DNA of 55,476 bases from a virus (taxonomy: Duplodnaviria > Caudoviricetes), in IMG/VR virus record IMGVR_UViG_3300006735_006281, positions 1 through 55,476 of that record; one strand, 5' to 3'. The notes under the pieces are model-generated. The model made no database searches, was not told the DNA's origin, and saw only the letters and a program-made list of their open reading frames with translations. This document shows, in pieces, positions 10,301 to 21,149 of the stretch (position 1 is its first letter; the number at the start of each line of letters is the position of its first letter). The translations under genes and the position numbers were made by a program.

Positions 10301-10966
10301 TTACATTCCGTTTAATAATTCAAACACCGCATCAATTGCTTCGTGTCTATGATTATCGGTCAATAAAGCCTTATAAACAAATTTAGAAGAAGATATCTTA
10401 GCAACTTCATGAATTGCGGAATAATTTCTATCTTTAAGATCAATTTGTTGGTTATCCCCGGTAAATATCATTGTTGAATTTTTACCTAATCTACTTAGTA
10501 CCATTGATAGTTGCGACTTCGTTAAATTCTGGAACTCATCAATTATACACACGCTATCCTCAAAAGTTCTACCTCTAAAATGAGCTAATGATACCAATTC
10601 AATTTGCTCCTCACTCTCCATTTTTTGTAGAACAAGAGGTTTATTATAAACTTTACGCATATTAGATCTGATAGGAACTAACCAAGGTTCCATCTTTTCT
10701 CTTTCTGAACCAGGAAGAAAACCATTATCTTCAGTAGAAACAGTAGGTCTAGTTATAATGATTTTATTACATTGTCTTTTGAAAAATTGATCTAAAGCTA
10801 TTTGTACTGCTAATAACGTTTTACCACTTCCAGGTTTACCAACAACAAAATTAAAAGGATGTTTTAGTATTTCAGTTTTAGCCTTTTTTTGTTCTGGGGA
10901 TAATGAAAGTGAAAATCTTATTGCTCCTTTTGGGGGAGTTTTATCTTTATTATTTCTTGTTGCCAT
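10301..10966 (-). CDS. phoH: PhoH family ATPase
   Basis: GKPGSGKT, IIITRP, GFLPG, FRGRTF, IIDEFQN, SRLGK, TGDNQQID. Confidence 0.95.
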   Translation of the reverse strand: MATRNNKDKTPPKGAIRFSLSLSPEQKKAKTEILKHPFNFVVGKPGSGKTLLAVQIALDQFFKRQCNKIIITRPTVSTEDNGFLPGSEREKMEPWLVPIRSNMRKVYNKPLVLQKMESEEQIELVSLAHFRGRTFEDSVCIIDEFQNLTKSQLSMVLSRLGKNSTMIFTGDNQQIDLKDRNYSAIHEVAKISSSKFVYKALLTDNHRHEAIDAVFELLNGM

Positions 10967-11972
10967 CTATAAATTTTTTTATTGTGTTTATTATTATCTC
11001 TGAGGGTTTTCCATTTTTCATATAAAAATCTTTTATTCTTTCACTTTTAGTATGGACTAACCACTCTATAGGGTTAATCAGGTTTTTATATCTTACTCCA
11101 TAGTCCGCTGACTCAACTTCTGTCCACTCAATATTATCTCTCATAACTATACATTTCTTTCTAAAAAAGGGACATGTCTTCATTAGACCACCTGAGTCTG
11201 TAATTATAAATCCACAACTTGATAAAGCATCTATCATTTCACTATATTTTGCTGGGGGTTTAACGGTAATATTAGTTGGAAGGACGATATCGTTATTTTC
11301 GATAAATGATTTGGTACTGTGGTGCAAGTAAAAATCAATAGGTTCATTGTATTTTTCACAAAAAGAAAGAATTTTAGAAAAACTCTTAATATTTAGATTT
11401 TCTCTTCTATGAATTGTCATAATGGCAGGACCCATAAAATCGATCTCTTTATCATAATATCTATTAAGTAATTCATATTCTAAATCACCACAAACTACTT
11501 CATTGTTAAAGTAATCTTGTATTTTTCCTGTTTCTTTAGGAGTGAATTGAATCTCTGATGTTAGGTCGGCCACTATCCTATTTAGTTCTTCTGGTACTTT
11601 TATGTCATTACATCTTAACCCGGCTTCTATGTGGGCAAAAGGTATTTTTTGTTTATAACAAACTAATGAAGAAGATAATGTACTATTTGTATCGCCATAT
11701 ATTAAAACAAAATCAGGACTTTCTTTTTTTAGTATTTCACTAAATTTTTCCATTGTTTCTGTAATAAAAGTGACTTCATCATTATTAGATGTTCTTAAGT
11801 CATGGTCTATAACTAAAGAAAACTCCTGTATAAAATAATCAGAAACATTTTCACTATAGTGTTGATTGGTGTCAACTATTACATGATTGATATTATTTTC
11901 ATTACAAAAATCAAAAATAGGTTTAATCTTGACGTACTGGGGTCTCGTCCCTATGATGCTCAGTATTTTCAT
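10950..11972 (-). CDS. wecB: UDP-N-acetylglucosamine 2-epimerase family, non-hydrolysing (WbpI/WecB-like)
   Basis: IIGTRPQYVK, TNQHY, YGDTNSTL, HIEAGLR, PEELNR, TIHRREN, ITDSGG. Confidence 0.9.
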   Translation of the reverse strand: MKILSIIGTRPQYVKIKPIFDFCNENNINHVIVDTNQHYSENVSDYFIQEFSLVIDHDLRTSNNDEVTFITETMEKFSEILKKESPDFVLIYGDTNSTLSSSLVCYKQKIPFAHIEAGLRCNDIKVPEELNRIVADLTSEIQFTPKETGKIQDYFNNEVVCGDLEYELLNRYYDKEIDFMGPAIMTIHRRENLNIKSFSKILSFCEKYNEPIDFYLHHSTKSFIENNDIVLPTNITVKPPAKYSEMIDALSSCGFIITDSGGLMKTCPFFRKKCIVMRDNIEWTEVESADYGVRYKNLINPIEWLVHTKSERIKDFYMKNGKPSEIIINTIKKFIDGNKK

Positions 11973-12768
11973 TTTTTCTCATTTTGTTTCTTTCACTTAT
12001 TGTGGCACCTAATACTTCACATATACTTCCATTTTCTAACATTGTTCCATATAGTGCTTGGGTATCTTTAGGAAAACACGCCCCTCCATAACTTAGTTTA
12101 CCATCCGGTCCTGGTACAGTGGTGTGCATCGGATTTATCCACCCATTCTTCAACATAAGACTAATAACTAAAGAATAGTCCGAATCTAACTTTTTACACA
12201 AATCAAACATTTCATTAAAGAATTGTACTTTAACTGCATAGAAGGAGTTCGCGAATATTTTCATAAGTTCAGATTCAGTAGAGGTACTGGTTGATATTTC
12301 TGCGTCGGGAAAACTTTCCTTATATAAACTTTTTAATTCACCTAATTGTTCTTCATTCTCTGTATATCCTAAAACAATATGTTTTTGATTGGCAAAATCT
12401 TCTTCACTTGTTCTTGCTGTTAAAAACTCGGGATTGTGTACAATGTTTAATTCACTATAGAGATAGTGTAAATTCATTATTGTTTTTGGTTGAGTGGTGC
12501 TTTTTATAACAATAGTACCCTCATAATTTGAGTTTTGTAGTTTTTCTAAAGTTTCATGTAAAGCACTATAGTCATATCCTCTTAACTCGGTTGAAAATAA
12601 AGTAGGTAGACATAAAAACATTATATCAGAGTCAAGAGTTTCTTCAAATGAATTAAAACTCTTAAACTTATCGTATGACCTAACGGTGTATTGTTTATTT
12701 GTAAACCATTTGGCAACGGCGTTTCCAACAAACCCCATTCCTATAACACCTATAATTTCTTTTTTCAT
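11923..12768 (-). CDS. UDP-glucose/GDP-mannose dehydrogenase family (short form; would fill the WbpA step)
   Basis: Start moved to ATG 12768 (MKKEIIGVIGMGFVG). Motifs: CLPT, IKST, HNPEFL, K-x3-N, YGGACFPKD (catalytic Cys). Confidence 0.88.
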   Translation of the reverse strand: MKKEIIGVIGMGFVGNAVAKWFTNKQYTVRSYDKFKSFNSFEETLDSDIMFLCLPTLFSTELRGYDYSALHETLEKLQNSNYEGTIVIKSTTQPKTIMNLHYLYSELNIVHNPEFLTARTSEEDFANQKHIVLGYTENEEQLGELKSLYKESFPDAEISTSTSTESELMKIFANSFYAVKVQFFNEMFDLCKKLDSDYSLVISLMLKNGWINPMHTTVPGPDGKLSYGGACFPKDTQALYGTMLENGSICEVLGATISERNKMRKNENTEHHRDETPVRQD

Positions 12769-12769
12769 A

Positions 12770-13174
12770 TTACTTAAATTTTTTAGCTGGAACCCCAACC
12801 CAAGTCTCATCGTTAGGTACATTTTTTGTGACCACAGAACCAGCACCAATTTTACATTTATTTCCTAATGTTATATTTGGTAATATTGTGGAGTTTGCAC
12901 CTATTGACGCACCTTCTTTAACAACTGTAGGTGGTTCATCCCTCCAAGCACCGTGTGAAGGAGGATTTTTATCATTTGTAAAAACAGTGTGCGGCCCAAC
13001 AAAAACATTATCCTCAATAATAATATTTTCAGGTATAAAAGAACCACATCCGATTCTACAATTTTTCCCTATTTTAACTTTATGTCCTACTTCAACAAAG
13101 GCACCAATTCTAGTTCCTTCTCCTATTTCCGCACTATCATAAATGTTACTATTTTTATGTATGTAAGTTTCCAT
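12770..13174 (-). CDS. wbpD: Hexapeptide-repeat sugar N-acetyltransferase (WbpD/WlbB-like)
   Basis: IEDNVFVGPHTVFTND..P, VKEGASIGANSTIL, GAGSVVTK, GVPAK. Confidence 0.8.
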   Translation of the reverse strand: METYIHKNSNIYDSAEIGEGTRIGAFVEVGHKVKIGKNCRIGCGSFIPENIIIEDNVFVGPHTVFTNDKNPPSHGAWRDEPPTVVKEGASIGANSTILPNITLGNKCKIGAGSVVTKNVPNDETWVGVPAKKFK

Positions 13175-13178
13175 ATTT

Positions 13179-14102
13179 CTAAATGTAAAAAGTTTGACCG
13201 TCTAATTTAACTTCTTTTTGTCTTAAACCGTCGATTAATTTTATTGTAGGTTCAACATCTTCTAGGGTAAACCCATTCCCTTTTAATATTTCTTCATAAC
13301 TTACTTTATGTAAGTCTGTAAACCCTGTTGAGAATTCTAGTTCTTCCCCATCTATCTTAATTGATCTAAAAGGTTTCCAGTCGTCCCATGGAAGGTCCTC
13401 TTTCATTATACTTAGATTATAGGTTACCTTGGCCTTCTCAAGGTGTAAAACACCCTTACATCTCTTCCCTGTGGTTTCTACCTTATAAGCAAGAACCTTA
13501 CCAAATATCCAAATTAACATATCAAAAAAGTGTACCCCAATGTTTGTTACAACTCCACCAGATTTATCTGAGTCACCTTTCCACGAATAATCATACCAAA
13601 CACCTCTTGGTGTTATGTAATCTAATGTAACTTCATGTGGACGTAATAAGTCATTACTATTTTGGTATTTTTCTTTGAGTTGTTTAATTAATGGGTGATG
13701 TCTAAGTTGGAGTATATTATATATTTTTTTTCCAGTTTCTTTTTCTAATCCTTTTAATGATTGTAGATGTTTGTCTCTTAGAACTAATGGTTTTTCACAT
13801 ATAACATCGCATCCATTTCTAAGAGAAAGTCTTATATGTGCATCGTGTAAATAATTAGGACTACATATTGATACAAAATCAATACTGTCTTTATTCCTAT
13901 AGAGGTGTCGGTCAAATCTCTCAGATTCTCTAAAATAAGATGCGTAAGGAAAATATTTATCAATATACCCAACTCCATCATAAGGGTCGAGAAGTGCCAC
14001 CAAATCATTATTAGTGTCTTTAATTGCTTCAACATGACGAGGGGCAATATATCCCCCGGCACCTATAAGTGCAAATCTTTTTTTATTATTGTTTGAACTC
14101 AT
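13179..14102 (-). CDS. wbpB: UDP-GlcNAcA 3-dehydrogenase (WbpB/WlbA; Gfo/Idh/MocA family)
   Basis: FALIGAGGYIAPRH, SICSPNYLHDAHI, ICEKPLV, ILQLRHHP, YITPRG.WY..SWKGD..KSGG..TNIGVHFFDML, GFTDLH. Confidence 0.92.
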   Translation of the reverse strand: MSSNNNKKRFALIGAGGYIAPRHVEAIKDTNNDLVALLDPYDGVGYIDKYFPYASYFRESERFDRHLYRNKDSIDFVSICSPNYLHDAHIRLSLRNGCDVICEKPLVLRDKHLQSLKGLEKETGKKIYNILQLRHHPLIKQLKEKYQNSNDLLRPHEVTLDYITPRGVWYDYSWKGDSDKSGGVVTNIGVHFFDMLIWIFGKVLAYKVETTGKRCKGVLHLEKAKVTYNLSIMKEDLPWDDWKPFRSIKIDGEELEFSTGFTDLHKVSYEEILKGNGFTLEDVEPTIKLIDGLRQKEVKLDGQTFYI

Positions 14103-15204
14103 TTATACAAGTTGTTATCGTTTTTAATTCATTTTCACTAAGGTGTGGAGAGATTGGTATATGTAAAACCTCTTCACATCTTTTTTCGCATTCTGGTAAA
14201 GATTGGTCTCCAAAAATCTCTTGGTATATTGGTTGTTTATGTAGCGGAATTGGCCAATAAACAAAGGTTTGTATACCATTATCAGTTAGGTGTTTTTGAA
14301 GTTCATCTCTCCCATTTACTATTATAGTATACAAATACCAACTATGATTGTCAAGAGTATCAGTAGGATACGGTAGTGTAACCATAGGATTTTTAATGTT
14401 TTCAAAGTAGTACTCTGCGTTTTTTTGTCTTTTATTTAACCACTCATCTGACGCACCATTTAGTAGTACCGTTAAAAATCTGGCTTGTAACGCATCCAAT
14501 CTTAAATTACCACCAACCATTTCATGGTAATATCTTTTCTTAGAACCATGTGCCCTAATCATTTTTATTTTATTATATGTGTCTTTATCATCTGTTATAA
14601 CAATTCCACCATCACCTAAACAACCTAATGTTTTTGCAGGAAAAAAACTGAAAGAAGCTGCCAAGGATCTCGTACCTGAGTGTCCACCTTCTGGGTAATA
14701 AGACCCAAAAGACTCGGCGGCATCTTCAAAAAGAATCGCATTTTTAGAGTCACATAATTTTTTTAATTTTTCTATTGAGGGTGTTTCCCCAAATAGATGT
14801 ACAAACATAACGGCTTTTGTATTCTTAGTCCAAGATTTTTGAAATTGTTCTACTGAAGGGTGAAAAGACCCGGGAGCGTTATCAACAAATATAGGGTTTA
14901 GACCTGCAACTAATATCGCTTCTGAACTGGCAATAAAAGTATATGAAGGTACTAATACATCTGAACCTTTTGGTAAATCTAAAGACATTAAAATGGCCAA
15001 TAGACCATCAGTCCCACTAGAAACACCAATGGCATATTTTGAACCTGTGTACTTAGCAAATTCTTTTTCAAAACGACTAACGGCATCTCCATTTATAAAA
15101 ATTCCATCATCTAGAGATTTATCTAATTCATTGTGTAGATAGTCCCTATAAGGAGATAAAAGTTTAGGATAGTCAAAAAATTTAATAGTTTCTTTTGTTT
15201 GCAT
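14086..15204 (-). CDS. wbpE: DegT/DnrJ/EryC1/StrS sugar aminotransferase (WbpE-like)
   Basis: VSSGTDGL, VHLFG, EDAAESFG, SFFPAKTLGCLGDGG, GGNLRLDALQA. Confidence 0.9.
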   Translation of the reverse strand: MQTKETIKFFDYPKLLSPYRDYLHNELDKSLDDGIFINGDAVSRFEKEFAKYTGSKYAIGVSSGTDGLLAILMSLDLPKGSDVLVPSYTFIASSEAILVAGLNPIFVDNAPGSFHPSVEQFQKSWTKNTKAVMFVHLFGETPSIEKLKKLCDSKNAILFEDAAESFGSYYPEGGHSGTRSLAASFSFFPAKTLGCLGDGGIVITDDKDTYNKIKMIRAHGSKKRYYHEMVGGNLRLDALQARFLTVLLNGASDEWLNKRQKNAEYYFENIKNPMVTLPYPTDTLDNHSWYLYTIIVNGRDELQKHLTDNGIQTFVYWPIPLHKQPIYQEIFGDQSLPECEKRCEEVLHIPISPHLSENELKTITTCINEFKQ

Positions 15205-16315
15205 ATTTTAAGTAAAAGCTTTTAGGTACTAAATTTAATTTATATAAGACATAAAAGAAAGGTCTCAGACGTTCAAATAATCTTTTGTATGTTGGGTAGT
15301 CGGTATAATCTTTCTTTTCATTAGACATCATTTTATTAAACTCTTCATCTGTTAAGTCTAATCTTTTTTTCATTTCAACAACTAAACTCTCATCCATTTC
15401 TTTTTCTTCACTCATTTTAATTAGTGCTAGTTTTCTAGTCATTTGTCCTGACCTAATTAAAGCAGAGTACTCACACTTTCTTAAATCGATACCAAATTTA
15501 CTAGGGAGATAAAAGTTATTTACGAAATAAGCCGAACGATTTTCCATGTGATGACCACCGTACCATTCCCACCCATATTCGTTGTGTAAGAATTTTTTAA
15601 TTTGTTCTTTATCATAATCCATATAATAAAGAGGTCTAATTCTTTTAATTCTTTTTACTAATAGTTGTCTCATCCATGGCCAAAAATCCATCAAAGGTAA
15701 ACTAGTTAATTTAGTTTTACCAAATAATTTATGTATAGACCTTACGTATTTAGCATCTTGATAAAACCATCCTTGAGGTGAGATCCCCTCGGTTCTAAAT
15801 GAGTGACCATTCCATATCCATTTTATATTGTGCTCTTCAGCGGCCTTATAAAGAGTTGCGCCAATTGCTAAATCAGTCCCAGAATCTAAATCAGGAACCG
15901 AAGCTAAAAAGAATGAACGAACTAAATCGTTGTACTCGTGATTATCAACCACGTGAGTGTAAAGGTCAACATCTAAAGAAGTAATCATTCTTTCTATATT
16001 TTCTACAGCTATTTTAGAATTCCAAGTGTTGTCAAAATGAACGGCTAGAGGACGTAATCCCGATTTAACGGCTAAGTGTAATAGAAACGATGAATCGCAA
16101 CCACCACTAATACCAACAACTACATCGTAGTTATTTCCCTTCCCATCTTTTTTCATTTTGGTAATTAAATCATTTAGTATTTTACCACCTTCTTCACCAA
16201 CAGGGTATTCCTTATTTAATTCAACATCTCTTTCACAATAGTTACACACCCCTTTCTCATTAAATTCAATATGAGGGATGCTTTCATCGTAGATACAGTT
16301 ATTACATATTTTCAT
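15182..16315 (-). CDS. wbpG: N-acetyl sugar amidotransferase (WbpG/WbuX-like, PP-loop ATPase)
   Basis: N-terminal CxxC...CxxC, YDVVVGISGGCDSS PP-loop, LRPLAVHFDNTWN, YGGHHMEN, SALIRSGQMTR. Confidence 0.88.
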   Translation of the reverse strand: MKICNNCIYDESIPHIEFNEKGVCNYCERDVELNKEYPVGEEGGKILNDLITKMKKDGKGNNYDVVVGISGGCDSSFLLHLAVKSGLRPLAVHFDNTWNSKIAVENIERMITSLDVDLYTHVVDNHEYNDLVRSFFLASVPDLDSGTDLAIGATLYKAAEEHNIKWIWNGHSFRTEGISPQGWFYQDAKYVRSIHKLFGKTKLTSLPLMDFWPWMRQLLVKRIKRIRPLYYMDYDKEQIKKFLHNEYGWEWYGGHHMENRSAYFVNNFYLPSKFGIDLRKCEYSALIRSGQMTRKLALIKMSEEKEMDESLVVEMKKRLDLTDEEFNKMMSNEKKDYTDYPTYKRLFERLRPFFYVLYKLNLVPKSFYLKYANKRNY

Positions 16316-17063
16316 AATTTTTTATAATTTTTTCAATCTCATTTTGTTTCGGGAATCTAATTAGTACCCCCATATTTTTTTTAGAGTATACACACATACT
16401 CCCTAATGCCACACCAGAACTACCATTCCAAATAGAGTCTTTAATATCTTCTAGTTTACCGACTCCACCACAGGATATTACTGGAAGAGAAGTTCTTTGA
16501 CAAACTTCTTGAATTAACTCATCATCCATACCTTCCCAAGTCCCATCCTTATCTACAGAATATAATAAAATTTCACCAACACCTAATTTTTCTAACGACT
16601 CAATATACTCTGTAGGAGATAAATTTAAGGTTTTTTTATTAGAATGTCTATAAATTTTATGTTTCCCCCAAAAATTCTTTTTTACATCAACCGAAGCTAC
16701 TATACTTTGACTTCCGAAAAGTTTTATGGCTTCCTTTATAACCTGTGGGTTTTCAAATAGAAGAGTATTAACGATAATCTTTTCTATCCCCAACTGAAAT
16801 AGTTTTCTCATGTCTTCTATTGTTCTTACACTACCCCCATAACATAATGGCATGAAACATTCTCTTGTGATCTTACGTATAACATCAAAAGGAATATCTT
16901 TTTTAGATATATCAATTAGGACTAACTCATCCACTTCCTTCCCGTTAAATATTTTTATTGCGTTTACTGCATCACCAACATAAGAAGGATTATCGAACTT
17001 AGTGGTTTTAACCAAAGAACCATCTTTGAGTAATAAACAGGGCATAATTCTAGGTCTTAACAT
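16302..17063 (-). CDS. hisF2: HisF2/WbuZ glycan-amidation-associated cyclase-like subunit
   Basis: RPRIMPCLLL, LVKTTKF, VDELVLIDI, ECFMPLCYGG, FGSQSIV, GEILL.SVDKDGT; adjacent to wbpG with no other his genes. Confidence 0.88.
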   Translation of the reverse strand: MLRPRIMPCLLLKDGSLVKTTKFDNPSYVGDAVNAIKIFNGKEVDELVLIDISKKDIPFDVIRKITRECFMPLCYGGSVRTIEDMRKLFQLGIEKIIVNTLLFENPQVIKEAIKLFGSQSIVASVDVKKNFWGKHKIYRHSNKKTLNLSPTEYIESLEKLGVGEILLYSVDKDGTWEGMDDELIQEVCQRTSLPVISCGGVGKLEDIKDSIWNGSSGVALGSMCVYSKKNMGVLIRFPKQNEIEKIIKNYENM

Positions 17064-17656
17064 GTTATAAATTTTTCCATTAATTTCATTCCATATTTAT
17101 GGCTTTTTTCAGGATGAAATTGTACACCAAAAATATTATCTTTAGAAACTCCAGATGTAAATTTAATACCATAGTCTGTCTCCAACATAATGTCTTCTTT
17201 GTTTTTACACTCAACATAATAAGAATGAACAAAGTAAAAACGAGAATCTTCTTCACATAAATCTGATTTTATTGGTTTTACCTCATTCCATCCCATATGT
17301 GGAACTTTCAACTTGGTGTCATTAAAGTTGAATTTTTTACATTCTCCTTTTATGAATCCCAATCCTGCTCGGTTTCCCTCTTCGCTCTTTTCCATTAGTA
17401 ATTGCATCCCAAGACAAATCCCTAATATCGGTTTGCGTTTTTCTATTACGTGATGTTGTAATTCCCCTAACCACCCGGAATGAATTATATTACTCATTCC
17501 ATTATCAAAAGACCCAACTCCTGGTAAAATAATTTTATCAATTAATTTTAGTTCTTCTGGAGATTTAATAATTTTAGTTTTATGATATCCTAAAAAATTT
17601 ATCATCGATTCAACAGAACCAACATTACCCATTCCGTAGTCAACTATACCTATCAT
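17057..17656 (-). CDS. hisH2: HisH2/WbuY glutamine amidotransferase
   Basis: IVDYGMGN, ILPGVGSF, GICLGMQ, VPHMGWN, FYFVHSY, QFHPEKS. Confidence 0.92.
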   Translation of the reverse strand: MIGIVDYGMGNVGSVESMINFLGYHKTKIIKSPEELKLIDKIILPGVGSFDNGMSNIIHSGWLGELQHHVIEKRKPILGICLGMQLLMEKSEEGNRAGLGFIKGECKKFNFNDTKLKVPHMGWNEVKPIKSDLCEEDSRFYFVHSYYVECKNKEDIMLETDYGIKFTSGVSKDNIFGVQFHPEKSHKYGMKLMEKFITC

Positions 17657-18180
17657 TTTCTTATTCTTATTAATTTAGCAGGGACTCCTGCGATTACACT
17701 ATATTCTGGAAAATCTTTAGTTACCACCGCACCTGCACCAACTTGAGTTCCTTTTTTAATTGTAACACCTGGCATAATTACCGAGTTGACTCCTAGATCA
17801 GCATCGTCTTCAATAACGACTGGTTTGAATTCTAATTCTTCGTGTAGTATTGGTTTTTTTATATTTGTGTCTTTGTGGTAACTTGTTAATATTTTAACGC
17901 CTGGACCTATACCTATATTTTTATCTATTTTAATACCACCAGCAGAATGAAAAAAACACTGTTGTCCAATCCATGTTCCCTCTTCTATTATCATTTCATT
18001 TTTATAGTAACCTTTTAGAATTGTATTGTGTCCGATATAGACGTTATCATGAATAGAAATATTTTCAGGATGGAATAGAAGGACTCCTTCCTCTAGGACA
18101 GTTTTTTTACCTAGTTTTTTAAGGTGTTCTGTGTTGTAATAACCTTTTTCATTTAATTTACCGTTTCCGTGACTCTCCAT
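17653..18180 (-). CDS. Hexapeptide-repeat acyltransferase
   Basis: [32 protein letters not shown]. Confidence 0.85.
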   Translation of the reverse strand: MESHGNGKLNEKGYYNTEHLKKLGKKTVLEEGVLLFHPENISIHDNVYIGHNTILKGYYKNEMIIEEGTWIGQQCFFHSAGGIKIDKNIGIGPGVKILTSYHKDTNIKKPILHEELEFKPVVIEDDADLGVNSVIMPGVTIKKGTQVGAGAVVTKDFPEYSVIAGVPAKLIRIRK

Positions 18181-19124
18181 TTGTCTTTTATGTATTTTGC
18201 TGTTTTTAATATTCCTTCTTCTAAATCTATTTTAGATGTGAAACCTAAAACTTCTTTTGCTTTTTCTACACTAGGTATTCTAATTGCAACGTCTGCGGAT
18301 AACGGAGGGTCAAAAACAATCTTAGATTTAGAATTTAGTACTCTACAAATTGTTTGTGCTAACCCTAAAATAGTAATTACTGCTCTTGGATTTCCTATGT
18401 TAAAACTTTCACCAATAGCTTTTGGATTGGTGATACACTCCTCTAAACAATCAACAAAGTCATCAACATAACACCAGGCTCTTATTTGATTTCCATCCCC
18501 ATCAATATGAATATCCTCCCCTCTTAAGGCTTTTTCAATAAAAATTTGTAAAGCCCCATTCGCCGATTGTCCTGGACCATAAACATTAAAAGGTCTAATA
18601 GTCACTACTGGTAAGTTGTACTGAGTGGTGTAAGCTTTAGCTAAGTGTTCTCCAGCTAATTTACTAACAGCATAAACCCACCTAGCTTCACCAGCAGAAC
18701 CAGCTACCGTTTGGTCTTCTTCTTTAGATTTGAACGCCATTGATCCAAAAACTTCTGAAGTAGAAAATTCTACGACTCTATCTTTAATTCCTAGTTCTTG
18801 ACAAACCTCTAATACATTAGCCGTACCTATCATGTTAACCCTCATTGTTTTTACTGGATATTTTATAACTGTATCTATACCAGCGATAGCGGCAGCGTGG
18901 ATGACAATATCAGGTATATTAGAACTCATAGAGTCAAATAGTTTGTCGTAATCTAGAATATCACCTTTAATAATTGTTAAATTCTTATGATTTCCTAAAC
19001 CACTAGAAGACAATGTATCCCTTTCAAAATTATCGTATACAATTATTTTGTGTGTCTCCACAAATCTTTTAATTATAGTGTTGGCGATAAAACCAGCACC
19101 CCCAGTTATAAAAATTTTTTTCAT
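18153..19124 (-). CDS. NAD-dependent nucleotide-sugar epimerase/dehydratase (extended SDR)
   Basis: [25 protein letters not shown] (YxxxK), RPFNVYGP. Confidence 0.92.
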   Translation of the reverse strand: MKKIFITGGAGFIANTIIKRFVETHKIIVYDNFERDTLSSSGLGNHKNLTIIKGDILDYDKLFDSMSSNIPDIVIHAAAIAGIDTVIKYPVKTMRVNMIGTANVLEVCQELGIKDRVVEFSTSEVFGSMAFKSKEEDQTVAGSAGEARWVYAVSKLAGEHLAKAYTTQYNLPVVTIRPFNVYGPGQSANGALQIFIEKALRGEDIHIDGDGNQIRAWCYVDDFVDCLEECITNPKAIGESFNIGNPRAVITILGLAQTICRVLNSKSKIVFDPPLSADVAIRIPSVEKAKEVLGFTSKIDLEEGILKTAKYIKDKWRVTETVN

Positions 19125-20407
19125 ATTAATACTTCTTTTTCAAATTTAGTTGCAACCGCCTTATGAGTTGATGTTTCATAATACCACTCTAGACTTTTAT
19201 GTGCTATTTCTTTTAGTTCTTCTATTGGTTTTTCCAACGTTAATTTTAGGATGTCCCTAAATTCTTTTGGGTTTTCACCTAAATGTATAACAGGACACAA
19301 AGAAGATTTTATGTTTTTATTTGCTGCCTGCATCGCATCAAGTGTAAAATTATTTATAGTTGCGAAGGTAACATTACCACTCATTAATCCCTCTACCGTA
19401 CTACCACCAAAATACCCAACTTGAGGGTTAAACTCATCTACATAAATGTGAGCCATTTCTTTTATTTTCATAATTTCACTATTAGGTATCCACCCCGTTT
19501 CTGGATCCATTAAATTTTTAGTTGGCTCATAGGTTTCCGGTGTAATAAACTCAAACTCTAAATCAATACCCATGCGTTTATTTTTTCGGTTTATTTGACT
19601 AACTAATCCACTAACAACGGCAGTTATTATATCTGTACCTTTCATTTCCTTACTTGTAGGTGCGTGGAAAATAATTATTTTTTTAGTATCAAACTTTGTG
19701 TTAATTAGTTTGGTGATTTTTTCTTTTTCATTATCCTTATCATAAGAAGTGTATATTGCTAAGTTTTTTTCTGGATTATACTTAGAGGTTACTCCTAGTA
19801 AATTTTGTTCATCATTAGTTAAATTATTCCAGGATAACCGATATAAATCAACCCCATGAATTATTTTATTAAAATGGGTAGTACCAATAAGATTAAAGAT
19901 ATCAGATTGACTCCTATAAACTGTGCCAGTGTGATAAAGATGTAAGTTATTATCTTTACCCGCTTTAGTGTCTTTTATTATATCCATTTTTAAGATATTA
20001 GAAAATATATCTCTTATTGTACGTAGAGAATCATTAGGATTCATTTGTGAACATTCTTTCATGGCCTCTAGTTGCCAGTTTTGTCCAAATTTTTCATAAT
20101 AATGTCTAGGTTCGTTAGCCATTTGAGGTCCCTTTTCTTCACCTATAATAATATGAGAACACTCCTCCAACCATTTCTTAGATAATTCTATCTCTTTTTC
20201 ATTTCTTACCCACTCATCTTTTGATTCATTATATGTTAATAGATCGTAATCGTGCTTTGTTTCAAAGTCGATTGGGTGAGAACACTCACAAATAACTTTA
20301 GATTCAAATCCATCACAGTGTTTATTAATAGATTTTGAATATTCTGTCATTACGTTGGCATAATCCTTGTATCCTATGAACGCTATTTTATTTACTTTAT
20401 TCCCCAT
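19121..20407 (-). CDS. Putative GT-B glycosyltransferase
   Basis: Start moved to ATG 20407 ([12 protein letters not shown]). FHAPTS...KGT and HIYVDEF...[13 protein letters not shown] motifs. Confidence 0.65.
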   Translation of the reverse strand: MGNKVNKIAFIGYKDYANVMTEYSKSINKHCDGFESKVICECSHPIDFETKHDYDLLTYNESKDEWVRNEKEIELSKKWLEECSHIIIGEEKGPQMANEPRHYYEKFGQNWQLEAMKECSQMNPNDSLRTIRDIFSNILKMDIIKDTKAGKDNNLHLYHTGTVYRSQSDIFNLIGTTHFNKIIHGVDLYRLSWNNLTNDEQNLLGVTSKYNPEKNLAIYTSYDKDNEKEKITKLINTKFDTKKIIIFHAPTSKEMKGTDIITAVVSGLVSQINRKNKRMGIDLEFEFITPETYEPTKNLMDPETGWIPNSEIMKIKEMAHIYVDEFNPQVGYFGGSTVEGLMSGNVTFATINNFTLDAMQAANKNIKSSLCPVIHLGENPKEFRDILKLTLEKPIEELKEIAHKSLEWYYETSTHKAVATKFEKEVLI

Positions 20408-21149
20408 ATACGACTTTTGATACCTCTTGTAATTTTTGTACATACTTCCAATACTTTGTTTCTCTAACATCTGTTAAATCTTCCTTAGGCCATATCCAAT
20501 TATTTCTTTCCCCTTCAAGATAGTGAGAACCGTGACCTGGAGGTTCACCATTAGACCAGGCTTTTCTTCGTCTTTCTAATGTTTCTTCTCTTTGTTCTTT
20601 TGTTTTAGTGTTACCATAATTAATCATCATCCCTTCTATAATACCTAATCTTTGACCAGGAAAAGAAACATCATCCGCTAAATAACGTAAAACAGGATTG
20701 TATTTGTGTATCATATTAAATTTATTAAGGGTTCCATAGTGGAAATAAGTGTTAAAAGGGTCTTTTCTTCCTCTCTCTTCACCTGTATTGAAAAAGTTAA
20801 CACATTCTATTTGTGCGAGATTAAAACCTCTCCTATCTAGTCTAGCTAAAGCATCGTGTAACGGCTCTATTGTAACCGGAAAAAGATCACAACCATTATA
20901 AATTGCCCAATCTGGTTTTTCACGATGAATTGTTTTAACAATATCATCTTGTAACATTCTCAAATCAAACGAATTATCAGTATCTAGTCTATGGGAAGGA
21001 ATTTTATGTTCTTGTAAATATTCCCAAGAACCATCCGTAGACATATTATCTATGATATACGGTTCTAATTTATTTTGTTTACAGTATTCTAATTTTAGTG
21101 GGAGATATTCTCTCTCATTCCACACTGTTAATATACACATTACTCTCAT
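20397..21149 (-). CDS. Glycosyltransferase family 2-like
   Basis: ILTVWNE, IIDNMSTDGS, DWAIYNGCD (degenerate DxD). Confidence 0.75.
   Translation of the reverse strand: MRVMCILTVWNEREYLPLKLEYCKQNKLEPYIIDNMSTDGSWEYLQEHKIPSHRLDTDNSFDLRMLQDDIVKTIHREKPDWAIYNGCDLFPVTIEPLHDALARLDRRGFNLAQIECVNFFNTGEERGRKDPFNTYFHYGTLNKFNMIHKYNPVLRYLADDVSFPGQRLGIIEGMMINYGNTKTKEQREETLERRRKAWSNGEPPGHGSHYLEGERNNWIWPKEDLTDVRETKYWKYVQKLQEVSKVVYGE

Noticed and set aside
16302-17656. hisF/hisH as histidine biosynthesis AMGs
   Set aside because: They sit beside a WbpG-like amidotransferase with no other his genes, matching the glycan-associated HisF2/HisH2 arrangement.
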